NCBI RefSeq assembly: GCF_035594765.1
Contig: NC_085841.1
Span: 287,689,402 to 287,753,401 of the forward strand
DNA length: 64,000 nucleotides
Direction of reading: 5' to 3'
From: Anolis carolinensis
Lineage: Eukaryota
The position numbers and the translations under genes are program-made. Positions within the stretch are counted from its first letter, which is position 1. Each line of letters starts with the position of its first letter. The notes beneath the pieces were generated by a model. That model searched no databases. It was not told the DNA's origin and was given only the letters and a program-made list of their open reading frames with translations. Shown here piece by piece: positions 1 through 14,000 of the stretch.

Positions 1-895
1 CAGCTTTGGAAAACAAATAGAGTTAATTGCTGGAAAATAAACAAACTAGAAAAGCAGTAAAGCTGCTTCCACGGTGCAGATAAGCCGAGAGCCTCAAAGG
101 GATGATGAATAGCCGTCGTCAGAAGAATCCAAGGTCAGGTCAGGAGGCAGCAGAAATTCCGAAAGACAAACCAATAGTCAGAAGCCGGGAGTAGCCGTCA
201 GTCAGAGGGCGTAGACAGAAGCCAGGTCAAATTCAATCCAAAGTCCGAAGAGGGTGCAGTCATCCAAAACAGGTCCACGATAAGACACAGCGAGAGCCAA
301 GCCAGATGGTATCAGCAGTTCCGAATCACAGTCCAAGTCCAGAAACACAGAGATCCCAATGGCGCCTCAGCAACACCTTGCCACACGCAAAGTGCAGTGG
401 CCAAACATTCCCATTTTATTCCCCTTCCTCCTGGGTGACCAAACACTCACACCCAAACACCAGGTGTCCCAAATCTACTCAGAATCTGAACTCCACACAG
501 CTTGAGCTCGTGGATCTGGAGTACCTAGCAATTCGTCAGAGTCCCAATCATCCTGCCCACACTTAGCCCCATGAACACTTAAAGAACCATCCTCCCTTTT
601 CCAAGCATCCCAATTGGGATCAGCTCCTGCAGAAACCCCAGGTTCAGAAGTATCCATAAGCCCCAAATCCCCAGACATCTCCGGTGGCTGTGCCCATTCA
701 GTGCCCGCTTCCCCAGCCACCACCTGTTCCTCAGCATCCATCTCCCCATCTAAATCTTCCTCAGAAGATCCCCCATATAGCTCTCTAAGTTGCTTCCTGC
801 GCAACTCCTCCAGTGAACCCTCATCACGAGGGTTTTTTCTTCCTCTCCGAATTCCATCACCATCAACCATAATCCCCGAAGGCGCAGTCACAACA
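1..895 (-). mobile_element. LTR of a second Gypsy-like family (5' or solo LTR, runs off the window)
   Basis: Begins TGTTGTG at 895 with a sharp compositional break from AT-rich intron; no PPT upstream; acidic open frame 894-475 like the U3 frame of the other LTRs. Confidence 0.6.
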
Positions 896-3713
896 TAGTG
901 ACCTGAAATAACAGCAGCTGCAAAACAGATAGTGAACTCAATTCATTAACAGAATTACTCGTGGCAGTGACATTCAGTAGATCAACGACAGGATATTTGT
1001 ATTAAGGTATGCCTGCAAGGCTTATAGGAAGTTTTGAAGAAGTAGATCAGAGGCATGAAATCCTCCAACAGCCACAAGCAATGTTGAGAAGCACCTGGAA
1101 TGTTACATTGTTTCTGCTTTGGCTTCCCATCTGAGGTTTATCCCTGATTCTCAAAGCTTGACCCTTCTTCTCTGGGAATCGAGAGGATTGTTGGGATGAG
1201 AGCAAACAAAGTAACCTTTGTATAAAAATGTGCTGCTTTTGTTACATAGATTTACAGATCCCCCCCCCCCCATGTCCCACGTGATGAGTCCCATAGCTAG
1301 TTTTAAGAAAAGCCTAGTATATTCATGTCCAAGAAGAGGCAATTTTACTGGGCCAAGCATCTTCACAAACACAGAAATATCTGTTTTTAAATGTTAGTTA
1401 AAAGAACATTTCTTTTCCAGTTCATTGAGAGAGAGCTAAAATGGCACAAGAAGTCTTTCTTTGGACAGGAATGATACACTAAACTGTTATAAAGCCATTT
1501 GAGAAGGATATAATTCTGTACACCATATTATATATTTCCATGAACTCTATTACTTAACTGGCCTCTAGATTCTGGGTGCTCTATACTATCTGGGCCACGT
1601 TCCTACCGATTACATGTTTCTTAATACTTTCATGCACCCAAGGGCTTCCAAGAAGATTGCATTTATTTCCAGAGTCCTTATACAGAGTTAGTGATCCACA
1701 GATATTCCTTCATCATGTTGTGCCAGCGGTGACATAGTTCCTGTCAGCATATTTATAGTCCATACCAAACAAGAAGAGGAAAGAGGTTTTTCTGCTTGAT
1801 CTCGGTTTTGATGGGAATAGCACTGGTGCCTCAAGCAAAGATATATAAATGCAATGTGAACAGAGAACAAAACTATGCTCAGATTGACTGGCCCTCAGTT
1901 CTTAAAGACTCTCAATATCCTTGATGTTCCTGGTTCCTGATATATCCATTCCACTGTCGGAGTGATACGCATTTCAATGTTACATGCTTGCAACTCATTC
2001 GTTACATGATTAACTCAAACAAGGGAAAAATTGGCTTAGATTTTCTTCTCTTGGCAGATGTAGTCCTACCAAGATGCCCTGTTAGTGGACCTATTACTAA
2101 AATCAGGGAAAAAAATCCTCCAGGTTGAATCCTTTGTACAACTAACTTATGAGCTTTTCATAGACAAATATTGTTCCCAATAACACTATGTGTTACAAAA
2201 CTAATTCCTGGCTTTCTCACACCTGTATTGTTGACAACCATAATAAAGAGAAGCTGCATTATTTTAATCACAATAAGAAAAGAAACTAAAATAAACAACA
2301 TCACACTTCGAACTATTTTGACACATTTCCTCTCCAGCAATTTCAAACTTTGCAAAATACATTACACCTTTAAATAGCAATTTTCTGTAGTTTCAGTTTT
2401 TTCTCCTTAGAATGCATATGAAAAGATTTTAAATCAATGTACTATATTCTATATGTATTGACCTTGCGCCACACTGAATATAATATTAAGTTTCTTTCAG
2501 TGTTCTTTTAGGCATTATATTATGCTTTTCACTCTTCTGCATAGATTTAGTTTCAATGCATTATAATTTCAAATTGTGTTAGCATGTGGAAGAATGAATA
2601 GATTTGAAAAGACATCCTGTCACAAGGGAAAAAGCAATGTGACTAGTATTCCATCATGTGCTGCTAGCATATTTTTTGCTCAGATATTAGCTCTAGGACA
2701 ATTGCAGAAAAACTAGCCTGATTCGGGCTTCTACTTTTAGCTTTGACTCTCAAAAAGTCTAAGAAATTTCACCAACTCATCCATCACTTCATTCATATCC
2801 TGTCTTGCTTCAAAATGACCCAAGGAACAATTTATCTTTTTTTAATTCATGTATTACTCCTATTTGTATCCCACTTTCCTTCAATGAATTAATAACAATA
2901 TACATGTGAGGTGAGCCAAGCCAAAAAATAGCAACTTAGATCAGGATCACCCAGTACATTTCATGGCTCAGTGGGAGCTTGGATCTCCCCAAGTCCAAGA
3001 CACACCCTTTAACCATCATACCACACCATCTCAGTAATTATTTCTAAGAGAAAGATGTCGATTTTCTCCAAAAACAAGAGCAGCACTGTAAGACCACCAG
3101 AAAAATATCTCAAGACTATGCAGCAGAGGTGGCAGGCACATGGCATTTTTTCCCTTGGTGCATGCACCAATGCTGATCTCAAAAGGATGTCACATCATTT
3201 ACAATTCATGCTTGGGCACAGAGCTCAAAATGTTGGGAAGCTGTGGGAAAGGGATAAGCATTGTCCTGACATCTATAAATATGTTCCATACACTCCTTAG
3301 CAAGTACTGAAGTTTACATCAAGCACTATATGCAAGCCTTTGGGATTCATCAATTTCTGCCCTGTTTTCCACACCTCGACATCAACTCTTGCAATATAAT
3401 TTTTGAAAAATAAAGGGAGGCCAGGATATAGACTGACTATAGGATTTCTATCTGAATATAATAAACAGGATTTATTTATTAATATAGTCAGTTCAATTGC
3501 TGATTGCAATTTGGGTGGCAGGTTGCTCAAATGAGGTAGTCTAATCAAGGGAAAGATAGTGCCAAGTTTGTAACATTCCTAGTTTGTCTGTGGCCAAATC
3601 AATATCAAAGTTACACCACAAAAATCAATACCAACAGAAGACTGTTATTTGAGTATTCTTTATGGGTTTTTAAAAAACTCATATTCATAGCATGCACACA
3701 CAGTCCAGGCTAT

Positions 3714-4140
3714 TTGGCTGACCCTTGTACGAGCCTGCCCGGCCCTGAGATCTTCAGGGGAGGCCCTTCTCTCGATCCCACCTCCATCTCAAGCTCGATT
3801 GGTGGAAACAAGATAGCAGGCCTTCTTGGTGACTACCCCTTGACTGGAACTCCCTGGCTAAGGAAACCAGAATGGCACCCTCCCTGCTGTCCTTCCGGTG
3901 GCAGGCTATGATCTTCTTATTCGACAGGATTTTAAAGAAGAAGATTTTTAAGATCACTTCAGGGTGTGCTGTGGTTTTTAACTTTGAATACTTTTAATAG
4001 TTTTTAACTGTGATTTTTAATACTGTTTATATTTAATTGTACATTTAAACTGTATGCGAATGCTTTTATGTTAAGCTGCTTTAAGTCTCCTTCGGGAGAG
4101 ATAAAGCGGAGTAAAAATAAATATAACAACAACCACAACA
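3714..4140 (+). mobile_element. L2 LINE 3' end; similar tails at about 6557-6735, 18790-19130, 21670-22035, 22605-22710 (+) and 12395-12580, 17540-17700, 36440-36620 (-)
   Basis: ggccttct...tggaactccct...; T-rich UTR; terminal taagc(c/t)gc...gagtc...gcgg stem followed by an A-rich or trinucleotide tail. Confidence 0.7.
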
Positions 4141-6528
4141 ACATAGCTTGTAATAAAAGTAAAAGGAGCAAAATACAGCAGTGCCAACATCACACTACTG
4201 ACTGCATTTCAGAACTCTGTCAATATATATGATTGAATTGAGACATCCCTTTCCATTTTACAGATTTGGCTTACAAAATCTCATCCCAGAAATTGGCGCT
4301 TGTTCCTCATGAGTGTATACTAGGCAATGTCATGCTGTCATGCCATGAGTTCACCAATGAAGCCAAGCCCAATTCATTAAAACACAAAGTTATCCTAAAT
4401 AAGTCAATATCAAATAACGTACTGCTCCTATGAAGACTATGAAATAATACCAGAGATGATGTACTTCAAAGACAAATGGATCTAAGTTAAGGATGAGATA
4501 GAATCTTTTTCCTCTCAAAGAAAATAGTTAGTAGATAAATGCCTGGGCTAGACACTTTGCAATGGAGGACATCTAAGGACTAGTTACCCATGTGTAACTT
4601 TCAATGAAGTAACTACAGCTGAGCTTTATAAGATTTAGTCTTGTGAAGGGTGTGAGAAAATATGTCTATCTTCAATTCCAGCCTCACAAGTGAGTTTCTA
4701 CCTTAGCTGCTGGCTGCTTTGTATCATTCCTTTGAACTATCTCTGCCATGAGGCCCTTGTACCATGGGTGGTTCTATTAACTAGATCCTGCCTCTGGTTT
4801 GGCTTGCCAGATCCACTTATTTTATTTATTTATTGAATTTTGATCCCACATTTCTCTTGAGGTAGGATTTGAGGAAGCTTGCCCTTGTAGTCTGCCTGGC
4901 CGTAAGAAGGTTAATGAAAGGTGCAGGTGCATTTTTCAGACTTTGCCTTCAAAACCTCTCTGAGCTCAAGACCATATTTTGTATTTGAGGGATTAACTGA
5001 AGATAAGGTTGGGGTGGGGGGGTAGAAATCTCTTTTCAGAAAATATGTCAATACATTTCTAAAGTATAAAACACTTGTTGCTTTAACCCATGAACAAAAG
5101 GAGAGAGAGATAATCATGCTGTTCAAAATGCCCTAAAGAAAGAGAATTACTGTTAATGATATTATCCATGACTAAACATATAAAGTGCAGAGAAATGAAT
5201 CCATACAGTATTATCAGTATGGGTAGCTTTCAGCGACTGGTATTGTGTGCCCCAAGAGAACTATGTCCCAAGTATGTAATTTTATCAAGACACTGGCAAA
5301 TGCAATCTATTTCAATCAACTATAATATGCCTATTTCTCTAAGAAGAGATTTGAAGTCCATACTGCACAAACAATTCAAGTTTAATGCCAATCAAAGCAC
5401 TATGGCAAAGACTAATCATTCAAATTATAATCAGATGACATAAAAGAAAACAAAAACTCTGACTGCAAGTTCATTTTCTGATCTCTTAACTATGGCTAAG
5501 AGGACTACGTGTATCCTGAAGGCTTACACACACTTTCTTTTTCTTGTTTCTAGTTCAATTTCAGCTCTATTATAATGACTGTTACATTTCCACCACGATT
5601 AACAAGACAAGTACGTATGCATCCTAGGATCATGCCTATGAATTTCTGATGCTAGATTCTGGATGAATGAGAGAAAGACTTCTTCAATTCAACATTCATG
5701 CACATTCCTACTACCTGCTATCAAATATTGTTGACCACTACCTGCTATGAAGTATTATTGGCTGGTGATATAGAGATGACACATTGAGCACTATGCCCAT
5801 CAATGAAAGGGAATGGATTATAATTTGAGACAGAGATGCCTGGGACTTCTTCCTCTTCTTGAACCACCCTTTTTGCTCATTTGCTAGAATCTATTCATGT
5901 CAGGAAGGAGAAGTAAAAAGACAAGCACCATGGAGCTTTATAGAAAGATTTAGGTTCTCAAGCAAATCCTGAATTACTACAACTGAAGGAATGGGTGACT
6001 GAGCAGAAGTCCTTTGCTCAAAGTTCTTTGCTCATAGAAATGCCCTCTTTGCACTTGTGTTTGGCAAGAAAAGTGGTCCCAGCTAGGCAGTTTTACTTAC
6101 TGCAACCATGATTCACAGTAATGGAAGGGCCTTTCCCCCTTCTGTATTAATGTTTGGATCATTTTACTCCCACTAAGTGTTGACACACTGAACATTGTTT
6201 TCTCAGGGATTACTAACCTGTTTAGAGAATCTGGCATTCTCCTAAAGGGGAAGAAGAGGGTAGCAGAGAGACAATCACTGTTACTGTCACTCTTACAATG
6301 ATGAAAATGGAAACCTGTGTCAAGGCGAGGCGGCTAAACAAACATAGGAATCCTGTATTTAATGTGTGGAAGATTATCTTCTCCTTGACAAGAAGAAATT
6401 CAAAGTTTCACTGCTTTCTGTTTCCCGACTTATCATTGACTTATTAATGAATGCTTAAACTGTTAGTGAGTTTAAATGGTTAAAGTGATCTACTGATTTT
6501 TTTCAAGAAATAGTTTCTTGCAAACAAG

Positions 6529-6556
6529 GATGATGATGATGATGATGATGATGATG
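6529..6556. repeat. (GAT)n microsatellite; shorter copy at about 6735-6757
   Basis: Direct reading. Confidence 0.9.
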
Positions 6557-7416
6557 TCCGTGCCTTATGGGACTTATCAGCCTTTCGCAGGGCATGTAAG
6601 ACACACCTGTTTCAGCAGACTTTTGATTTCTGTTACTGCTATTTTTAAATTGTTTTAGATTTTAGCCTGTTCTTGTAAGCCGCTCCGAGCCCTAGGGGAG
6701 TGGCGGCATATAAGTTTGAATAATGAATAAATAAATGATGATGATGATGACGATGATTCCCTTTACCCCTATATTATATTGGAAAATGTACTCATGGTAA
6801 CACAACATATGTTTAACTAATTGGGTGGGTATCTCTTTTCGTTTAATTATGTGACTTTGTTAAAGGCATTTGGGGGAGGACAAGACCACAATGTTAAATG
6901 TTAATCAGGTAACATTATTCATGGTTAATAGACTGTATAGAATAACGCTGCTTATTTTTATCTGGTCAAATCTAAACTAAATGGCCTGGGAAAAAGGGAG
7001 GAAATGGTGGGTGCCAGTTACACACTCCTCAGTGGAGCCAGAATGGTTTCAGCCAATGAGCTGTGAAATTTCTTACTGTGAGCAATTAGAATTAAAGCAA
7101 TGAAATTAAGTAGATACAAAACAGGTTTTATAGCTACAGACTGGGTAACTCCATTTTATAACATATAACTAGCCATCATATACAGATGCCAACCACTGGT
7201 GGTTCTAGTCTAATTATTGTCTGCTCCAACTACAGCAGCTTTTGAGGTTTTATTTACTTGTTTATTAGATTTGTCTCCCACTGTAATCCTAATGGGACCT
7301 AAGGTGGCTCAAAATAAAAATCACTAAATGCAGTTAAAAAACCATGAAACAGATTAAACATTAAATCATGTTAACAGCATTAGACTTTCTGTTTTTAAAA
7401 ACTTGTTCTTCTGTGC

Positions 7417-7604
7417 CAGGTATGGGCAAACTTTGGCCCTCCAGGTGTTTTGGACTTCAGCTCCCACAATTCCTGGCCTCATGCCCCTTCCTTTCCCCTC
7501 TCAGCCTCTTAAGCAGTTGAGGGGGAAAACGAAGGGGACTGAGGCCAGGAATTGTAGGAGCTGAAATCCAAAACACCTGAAGGGCCAAAGTTTGCCCAAG
7601 CCTG
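7417..7604. mobile_element. Palindromic hAT MITE
   Basis: CAGG...CCTG long inverted arms; 8-bp TSD ttctgtgc/ttctgtgt. Confidence 0.85.
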
Positions 7605-9143
7605 TTCTGTGTTATACTAATATTTACACACACACACACCCAGCCTCCATTCTTCTTAGAGGAGTGAAAAAGTACAGGAGGGATTGAATTTATGAAACAA
7701 ATGGGTTTGTGTCTCATGGCTTGGAGGCCTGGCTTGTCTTGTAGATATACTGCTTACTGATCTTCACACATGTGAGAATAGGTACCAGCAGAAAGCCTGG
7801 TCTCAGATTGTACAAAGTACCCTGGAGGGAAAACCAGTATATCCATTGCATCAAATCCAAAAGTGTCTGTAAATGGATTCCCTGCCTTTACAACAACTGA
7901 TCCATCAACATCCCCAAAAGCTAGTAGTCAGCCACTAAAGTTGCTATAACAAAGAAATCACCAATGGGGACATGTTCCCCTCTCCACTATACAGTCAGAT
8001 TGTCCACCAAAGCAACAAAATAATCTTTATTGTCAGGTCTGACGCCAGGTTGAGATGAGTATAGGTAACATATCTCATCTAGGAACCTTAGGAACTGAGT
8101 CATCACTACAGCACAACAATGGAATACAAAACTGTATTTTACAAACTGCTCCCTGTATACTTTAATTGGAAATACTATGCATTAAACTACAGCTCTCCTT
8201 AAGCTCTGTAATGGGTTTGAGAAAACTTTGGACAAGCCCTGGTCTATTGGTGTGTCCCCAGCTACAGCCCTGTCTGAAAGTGGAAGTAGACTATATTAAT
8301 TTCCCAGAAGACATTCAATATTGCTTCACCTGAGTATTGTGGGAAATGAATTTGGCAATAGCCAGTAGCCCTATGTCACGTAGCCAAGGATGTTAAAGCA
8401 AAGATACTGAGACTGATTTTTACATGAAAAAAAGAACCCTGCCACAAAGCTACAGTAGCAGGTATGTAAAGGTAAGACAATACACCAGAACTTTAGCCTG
8501 CAGAGATATAAGACAGCATGTTCGCAAACTAATTAGTTTTACCAATTCTAATTAATCATTGGTCATTCTACTTTTTCAGCTACTTTTCAAATACAGTTTT
8601 TTCTCTCCTTTCCCCCTTATTCCTCTTCTCCTTACTTCAGTTGCTGCAAATTAAATTAAAAGTGCAAAAGTAGTTTGTGTTCAGTTAACTCAGAATGGGG
8701 GAGAAGAGAGGCAGAAACAAAAGCTTGATGAAGCAAAGGAAGATGCTCCAACCTCTTCCAACTGGTGTGATCTTCTTCATTAATAACTTTTGCAATCTTA
8801 ACTGGTTGTCATCTACTAAATGTTGAAAGTTGTGTAACACCCCATTTTCTACCAACATGGAACTTAATGCATCTCACCACACTGATTAAAACAAAATACA
8901 TTTTAAAAAACAGAAAATATTTCCCAAATATTTTGAACTACATAAATGACATTAATTTTTTAAATGCCAGAGTTTTCTGAAATAGCTTTTCTTTCCTAAA
9001 ACAGAACTTTATATTATAAACAGTGCTACATAAAATGATCTGTGAATATGTAGATGAAGAGCATCTGTCTTCATTTTTATAATAGATTTGATAATAGAAA
9101 TCTACAGGATGGGGGAGGGAGGAGGCCTAATACCTATACTTAC

Positions 9144-9246
9144 ATTTGCATACTTTACAGCATTGGCCTGCTATATGGACCGGGAGGCCATCAGGAGAAC
9201 AGTTCAATGGCGGGCAGGCCATCCGCCGGCATTCCACTACTCCATT
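9144..9246 (-). CDS. NELL1: NELL1 coding exon (equivalent to human exon 9), VWC1
   Basis: 103 bp, cacag acceptor, gtaagt donor; NGVVECRRMACPPLNCSPDGLPVHIAGQCCKVCK, visible within ORF 9127..9330. Confidence 0.95.
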
Positions 9247-9881
9247 CTGTGCAACAACAGAAAAATGAAATTCAATCTTGTGTCTATTCAAAACAATGTT
9301 TTGGAGAAAGCATGATCTAACATGTGACAAAAATCACTAAATCAATTGTAGCAACATTGCAAAACATGATACGGTAATTAATTTAATGGCTGGAGGCACA
9401 TCGTAGCCTGAATTCTGTTGATAGACGTACCCAAGGTAGACTCTTTTAATCAAAGAGGTTTACCTATGTTTTGGATTACCATTTGGCTCATTCAATTGGG
9501 AATAAGCAATAGAATTCAAGCTCATACCTGCAAAATAAACAAACTATGCAAACTTCTGTTGCATTTCAGAAATGCATTATTTCCTTTAATTCACCTGCCA
9601 GTGTTAAGTAAGAGAAGGGGAGAATTTACCTGTTTTTACAAACACATAAATCGTATCTTCCAGAGTCTGCATAAATTATAGTTAACATTTTAACAAAACA
9701 AACACAAACTGTTTTCTTTGGCAAACAAAAACATTCTTCTGATAGTCATCAAATAATTTCAGCCCAACAACATTTACATTCAAATTCAACTTTTGTTCCT
9801 ACAGTGTTCAATGTTATAAAATGCCATAAATAGGATATACACATTGTTGTCATGCAGGATGCAACTTATGCATTTTATTGT

Positions 9882-10137
9882 GTCAGAAATGACGTGAGAA
9901 CATACTGCAAGTCGCTTCTGGTGTGAGAGAATTGGCTGTCTACAGAGATGTCACGCAGGGGATGCCCGGATGTATTACCATCCTGCTGGGAGGCTTCTCT
10001 CATGTCCTCACAAGCTAGAGATGGCAGACGGGAGCTCTCTCTGTCTCGCAGATTCAAACCAGCAACCCTCAGGTCAACAACCCAACTTTCAGATCAGCAG
10101 TTCAGCCAGCATAAGGATTTAACCCATTGCGGCACCT
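9882..10137 (-). mobile_element. tRNA-derived SINE (Anolis SINE2 / Vingi-related)
   Basis: Head resembles the Sauria SINE head (gggttaaa...gctgaactgctga), followed by a different body; family name from recall. Confidence 0.6.
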
Positions 10138-10383
10138 ACTTATGCATAAAGATAGTGTTTTCCTTTCTCTTATACTGTGGTGATACCTTTTTACACTGTA
10201 AACAGGGAAGACCTTTTAAAAAGCCCATCTGAGATATTTTTAGGTGCATAGTGCATTTTGCTTCTTCAGTCTGCTCTAAATATACAACCAATAAAATAGC
10301 TTTCAGAGCCAGTGTTCAAGTACCTATATGAAAAAATTGTAATGAGGTGACATACTCCCATATGTAAGTTATAAGTGCCTTAC

Positions 10384-10518
10384 TTTGCATGTGCAATTCC
10401 TGCAGTAATCATCTTCTGCCCATGAGTCTTTGTCTCGATAGATCATTCCATTTACTTGACAAGTCTTCTCACAGTGACAGTTTTCCAACTGACTAAGCCT
10501 CATTTCTGCATAATTTAG
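10384..10518 (-). CDS. NELL1: NELL1 coding exon (equivalent to human exon 8), coiled-coil end and VWC1 start
   Basis: 135 bp, tag acceptor, gtaagg donor; LNYAEMRLSQLENCHCEKTCQVNGMIYRDKDSWAEDDYCRNCTCK. Confidence 0.95.
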
Positions 10519-13500
10519 CTAGAAATGAAAGTTTCTTGGTTTAATTTCTGGAATTCATGCACATAGCTTTATATAAGCCTTCATATAAACCAAAACAAAG
10601 AAGCAGCTAACTGATTTTCAGCATATTTGTTTTTTGTCATATCAGCAAAAGTCACATTGAAACAGGAGAACTTTAAGCTGATCTAATCAACAGCAATGAA
10701 GCACAATTTACACCATACACACAAGTCTCTATGCATATCATTGGCTCTTCAAGCTGAATTAGTCTATTGTTTCATGTAGTATGGAGATAAACCACATGAC
10801 AATCATATGACTGATCAAAATGCAAATAAAATGAACATTCTCCAGAAAATATAATCATTCTTTAATTTTTAAAATACTTAAAATACATAAAAACAGAACA
10901 TAAAGGTAAAACACACCACTTATTTAAAACATATTTAAAAGGGCATGTATAAGAACACGTGTTCAGCTTTATCAATCACCTTGATGTTTGGCCTGGTCTC
11001 TAGCAGAACCCACAAGATGCACCAGCAATGGCACATTAAGCTTCGTTACATAATAGGCATCAATCTCAACTTCCTCCTTGTGCCACTCTGTGTATTCTTT
11101 TCGGTCACTGCCTAGGTACAAGTAATACATCTGTGGAGGATTTTTTCTTGTGGCTCTTTGGAGGCTCATGACTTGTCCTCACTCACACACATTCACTCAC
11201 ACAATAATCCATACAGGCTCATTGGTTTTTAATATGCCCAGCACAACTTTACAATAGGACAGCATAGGAACTGAACTTGATATACTTCTTTGGACAAGTC
11301 AGTTATGGCAAGGCCATTTACTCAAAGGAACTTTGAGGAACTTTGTAAGTGAAAACTTTCAGGAGGACACTTAGCTTGGGAGCTCTTGTTCTTGCTTCAC
11401 TCCCTGGGGACAGGAATAATCTGTACAGAGACCCATAATCATGTGAGCTCCTGTATCTTTTCACCCCATATTTTTCCCTTGGAAATATGCTGAAAGGGGA
11501 CTAAATCCTTCTAATACCTTGATCAGTTACCCTATGATGTGTCTTCATTTCAGTTGCAATTGTTAGTTATTTTTGAGAGAAAATTATTTTTTCAAAACGT
11601 AATCAGAACACTAACTTTTTTTGATCATGAAATTATCATAGGGTGGTGTACCAAAGTGAATAAACATGTAAATTACGCCCCTTCTAACTGCCCTATATCC
11701 CAAAATCTGATCCCAAATTGTCTGCTTTAAACAGGATTATGAATCTTCACTGCCAGATAATCTGGGATAAGAAGATAATCTGGTATCAGATCCTGGGATA
11801 TAATGGCAGTGTGGAAAGGGCCTGAGATTTAAGGCACACAAAACTATGTATATGGAAGTATGTGTGTCTGTTTAGTCTGTACCTATATATTTAGTAAAGC
11901 ATTGGACTATTTAAATAAGACAGTTCATTTGTTGGATATCAAGCTTGCAGACTCATGTTAAAATGCTAAGTCATGTGGAAATTACATTTGAGCTAAAGAA
12001 GCACAGCGGTTCATCCAAAGGACTCTGAATTGTGAATTGTTGGTTCATCACTGAGCTAGCTATGAACTTACTGAATGGCAGAGAGAAACTCAATTTTTAT
12101 TCCCTGTACAAGCTGTGAGGAATATGTAATCCTTCAGACGTTATTCAACTGCAAAAACTATCAGTCCCACTTTGAATGGCCAATGGATAGGAATGACAAG
12201 ATTCCAATCCAACAACACATTCCATCTTGTTCTATAATATAGAACATCTAGCTACTGAACATGAACATGAAGCTACTGAATGGAAAATATTTGTAACTCT
12301 TTTAAATATGTATTTGTTGATACATGTGTAGAATAATGTATGTGTATAATATGTGAATATAGAATATGGGATCAGAGAGAGCTAATGGTATGATTACTAT
12401 TATTATTATTTATTATTATTATTATTAAACTTTATTTGTACCCCGCTAGCATCTCCCGAAGGACTCGATGCGGCTTACAAAGGCCAAGGCCTCAATACAC
12501 AATATAACAATACAAAACAAAAGGCAAATTAAAAACAATAAAAACAGTATAAAGAACAAGCAATAAACAATACGCTAAAATTGATTATTGATTGACTATT
12601 TCATTGATTATGGATTGTTGAAGAGAAATATTTTCAGTCTGTTAAAATCTGTACATGGTAACACAACTAAGTAACTAAGGTCTACAAAAAGGGGAATATA
12701 TCTCATTTAAATTATATTGTCAAATTTTAATGAATTAACAGCATATTTAATAAGACCACTACCTCATGCCTCACTGAATGTTCCAGGCTCTACCAAACTG
12801 AGTGATAGTTCACCTTGGATTGCTTCCCAAAAATTATACCGCACAAGAGGGGGCTCATTTTCCAAGGATGTTTCTACATCTGAACCCAAAGGTATTATTT
12901 TGATTCTAAATCATATTACAATACGAGTAAAAGCTACAGTACATGCTCCCAAATCATGTGTGCCTTGCAGGGAGAAAATACAAAATTTACAGCAGTAATT
13001 TCCAGTATTTACCAGATAACATAAAAAGTACAATCTTTATTGAACTGGTATCTACTTGCATTTTACAATTTTTCTTCTACTTCTCACAAAATACCCACGA
13101 GCATCTTTTTACAGAACTCCATAAACCATTATATTTTCTGTCAGATCTACGCAAACAAATTTGGAAAGACAAAGGGCAAGATGTTCTTATTAAATTCTAT
13201 GTGGGGGTTTTTAAGTTCCTTTTTTCCCTCCAGGGTGAAAAAAATATATTTCATTTCATTAGAACAGTGCATGGTTCAGCAGAATGGGCATTCATTCCTC
13301 TTGAAATCCCAGTTGACTTCAGTGCTGTTTTTCACACTTTAAAAGTCAAATAACCATGCTTGTTTGGTGAACAAATAATACTTCCCATTTTAGCATTGAC
13401 ATTTCTGCCAAGACTCCTATTCTCATAACTACGTACCATATACCTTTTAGTTAGCTGTAATTGTATTTTGAGCTACTTCAACACTTTTACCTTTATATTA

Positions 13501-13922
13501 CTATTTTAATTTAAAATTTAATTCATTTTCATGAATCCTTAAATATCTTATTTTTTATTTTTAAGCAAGATGTGTTGGAAGCAAAGAGACATCAACAATC
13601 CTATAAAGGAATCTACAAGAGAAAGAAGGCTAGAAAACACATCCCTTGCTTCACATCTCTGCATTTTCTTTGGTTTATGTATTCAAGGCCTTTGCTTCCT
13701 TCTTACCTATTGAGATCACTTTGTATCTTTGCTTTCTCTTTGTATGGAGAGTGAGTTTCCATAGAGCTGCATCCCCAATAATGGTTGCTAGCTTATACCC
13801 ATACATTACAACCAGCTTTGGGGTCTCTTATAAGCAAGTATAGGCCAACGTTTTTTTGGCTGTCTCTTTTCCTCTACAAATAAGGTTTTCTTGATACAAT
13901 AAGCATAAGTTTTCCTTTAAAG

Positions 13923-14000
13923 CAGTTGTTCTCAACCTGTGGGTCCCAAGATGTTTTGGCCATCTCCCAGTAATTCTAACAGCTGGTAAACTGGCTGATA
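13923..14000. mobile_element. Truncated hAT (Charlie-like) MITE
   Basis: Terminus cagttgttctcaacctgtgggtccc. Confidence 0.5.

Noticed and set aside
306-898. Plus-strand ORFs 306..566 and 614..898
   Set aside because: Ser/Pro-rich antisense shadows of the minus-strand LTR frame
1-9143. NELL1 exon 10 equivalent (74 bp)
   Set aside because: No KCIYGGK-like sequence was found by eye; it presumably lies beyond the left edge
9127-9330. Assignment to NELL2 instead of NELL1
   Set aside because: The peptides (CRRMACPPLNCSPD, LNYAE.RLSQLENCHCEKTC) match recalled NELL1 sequence, and the exon sizes fit NELL1
9882-10010. HDV-like ribozyme in the Vingi-related SINE
   Set aside because: I could not assemble the nested double pseudoknot by eye; it needs a structure-descriptor search
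12717-13353. Three overlapping plus-strand ORFs as a nested gene
   Set aside because: AT-rich, no recognisable domain, mostly non-ATG starts, no clear splice structure
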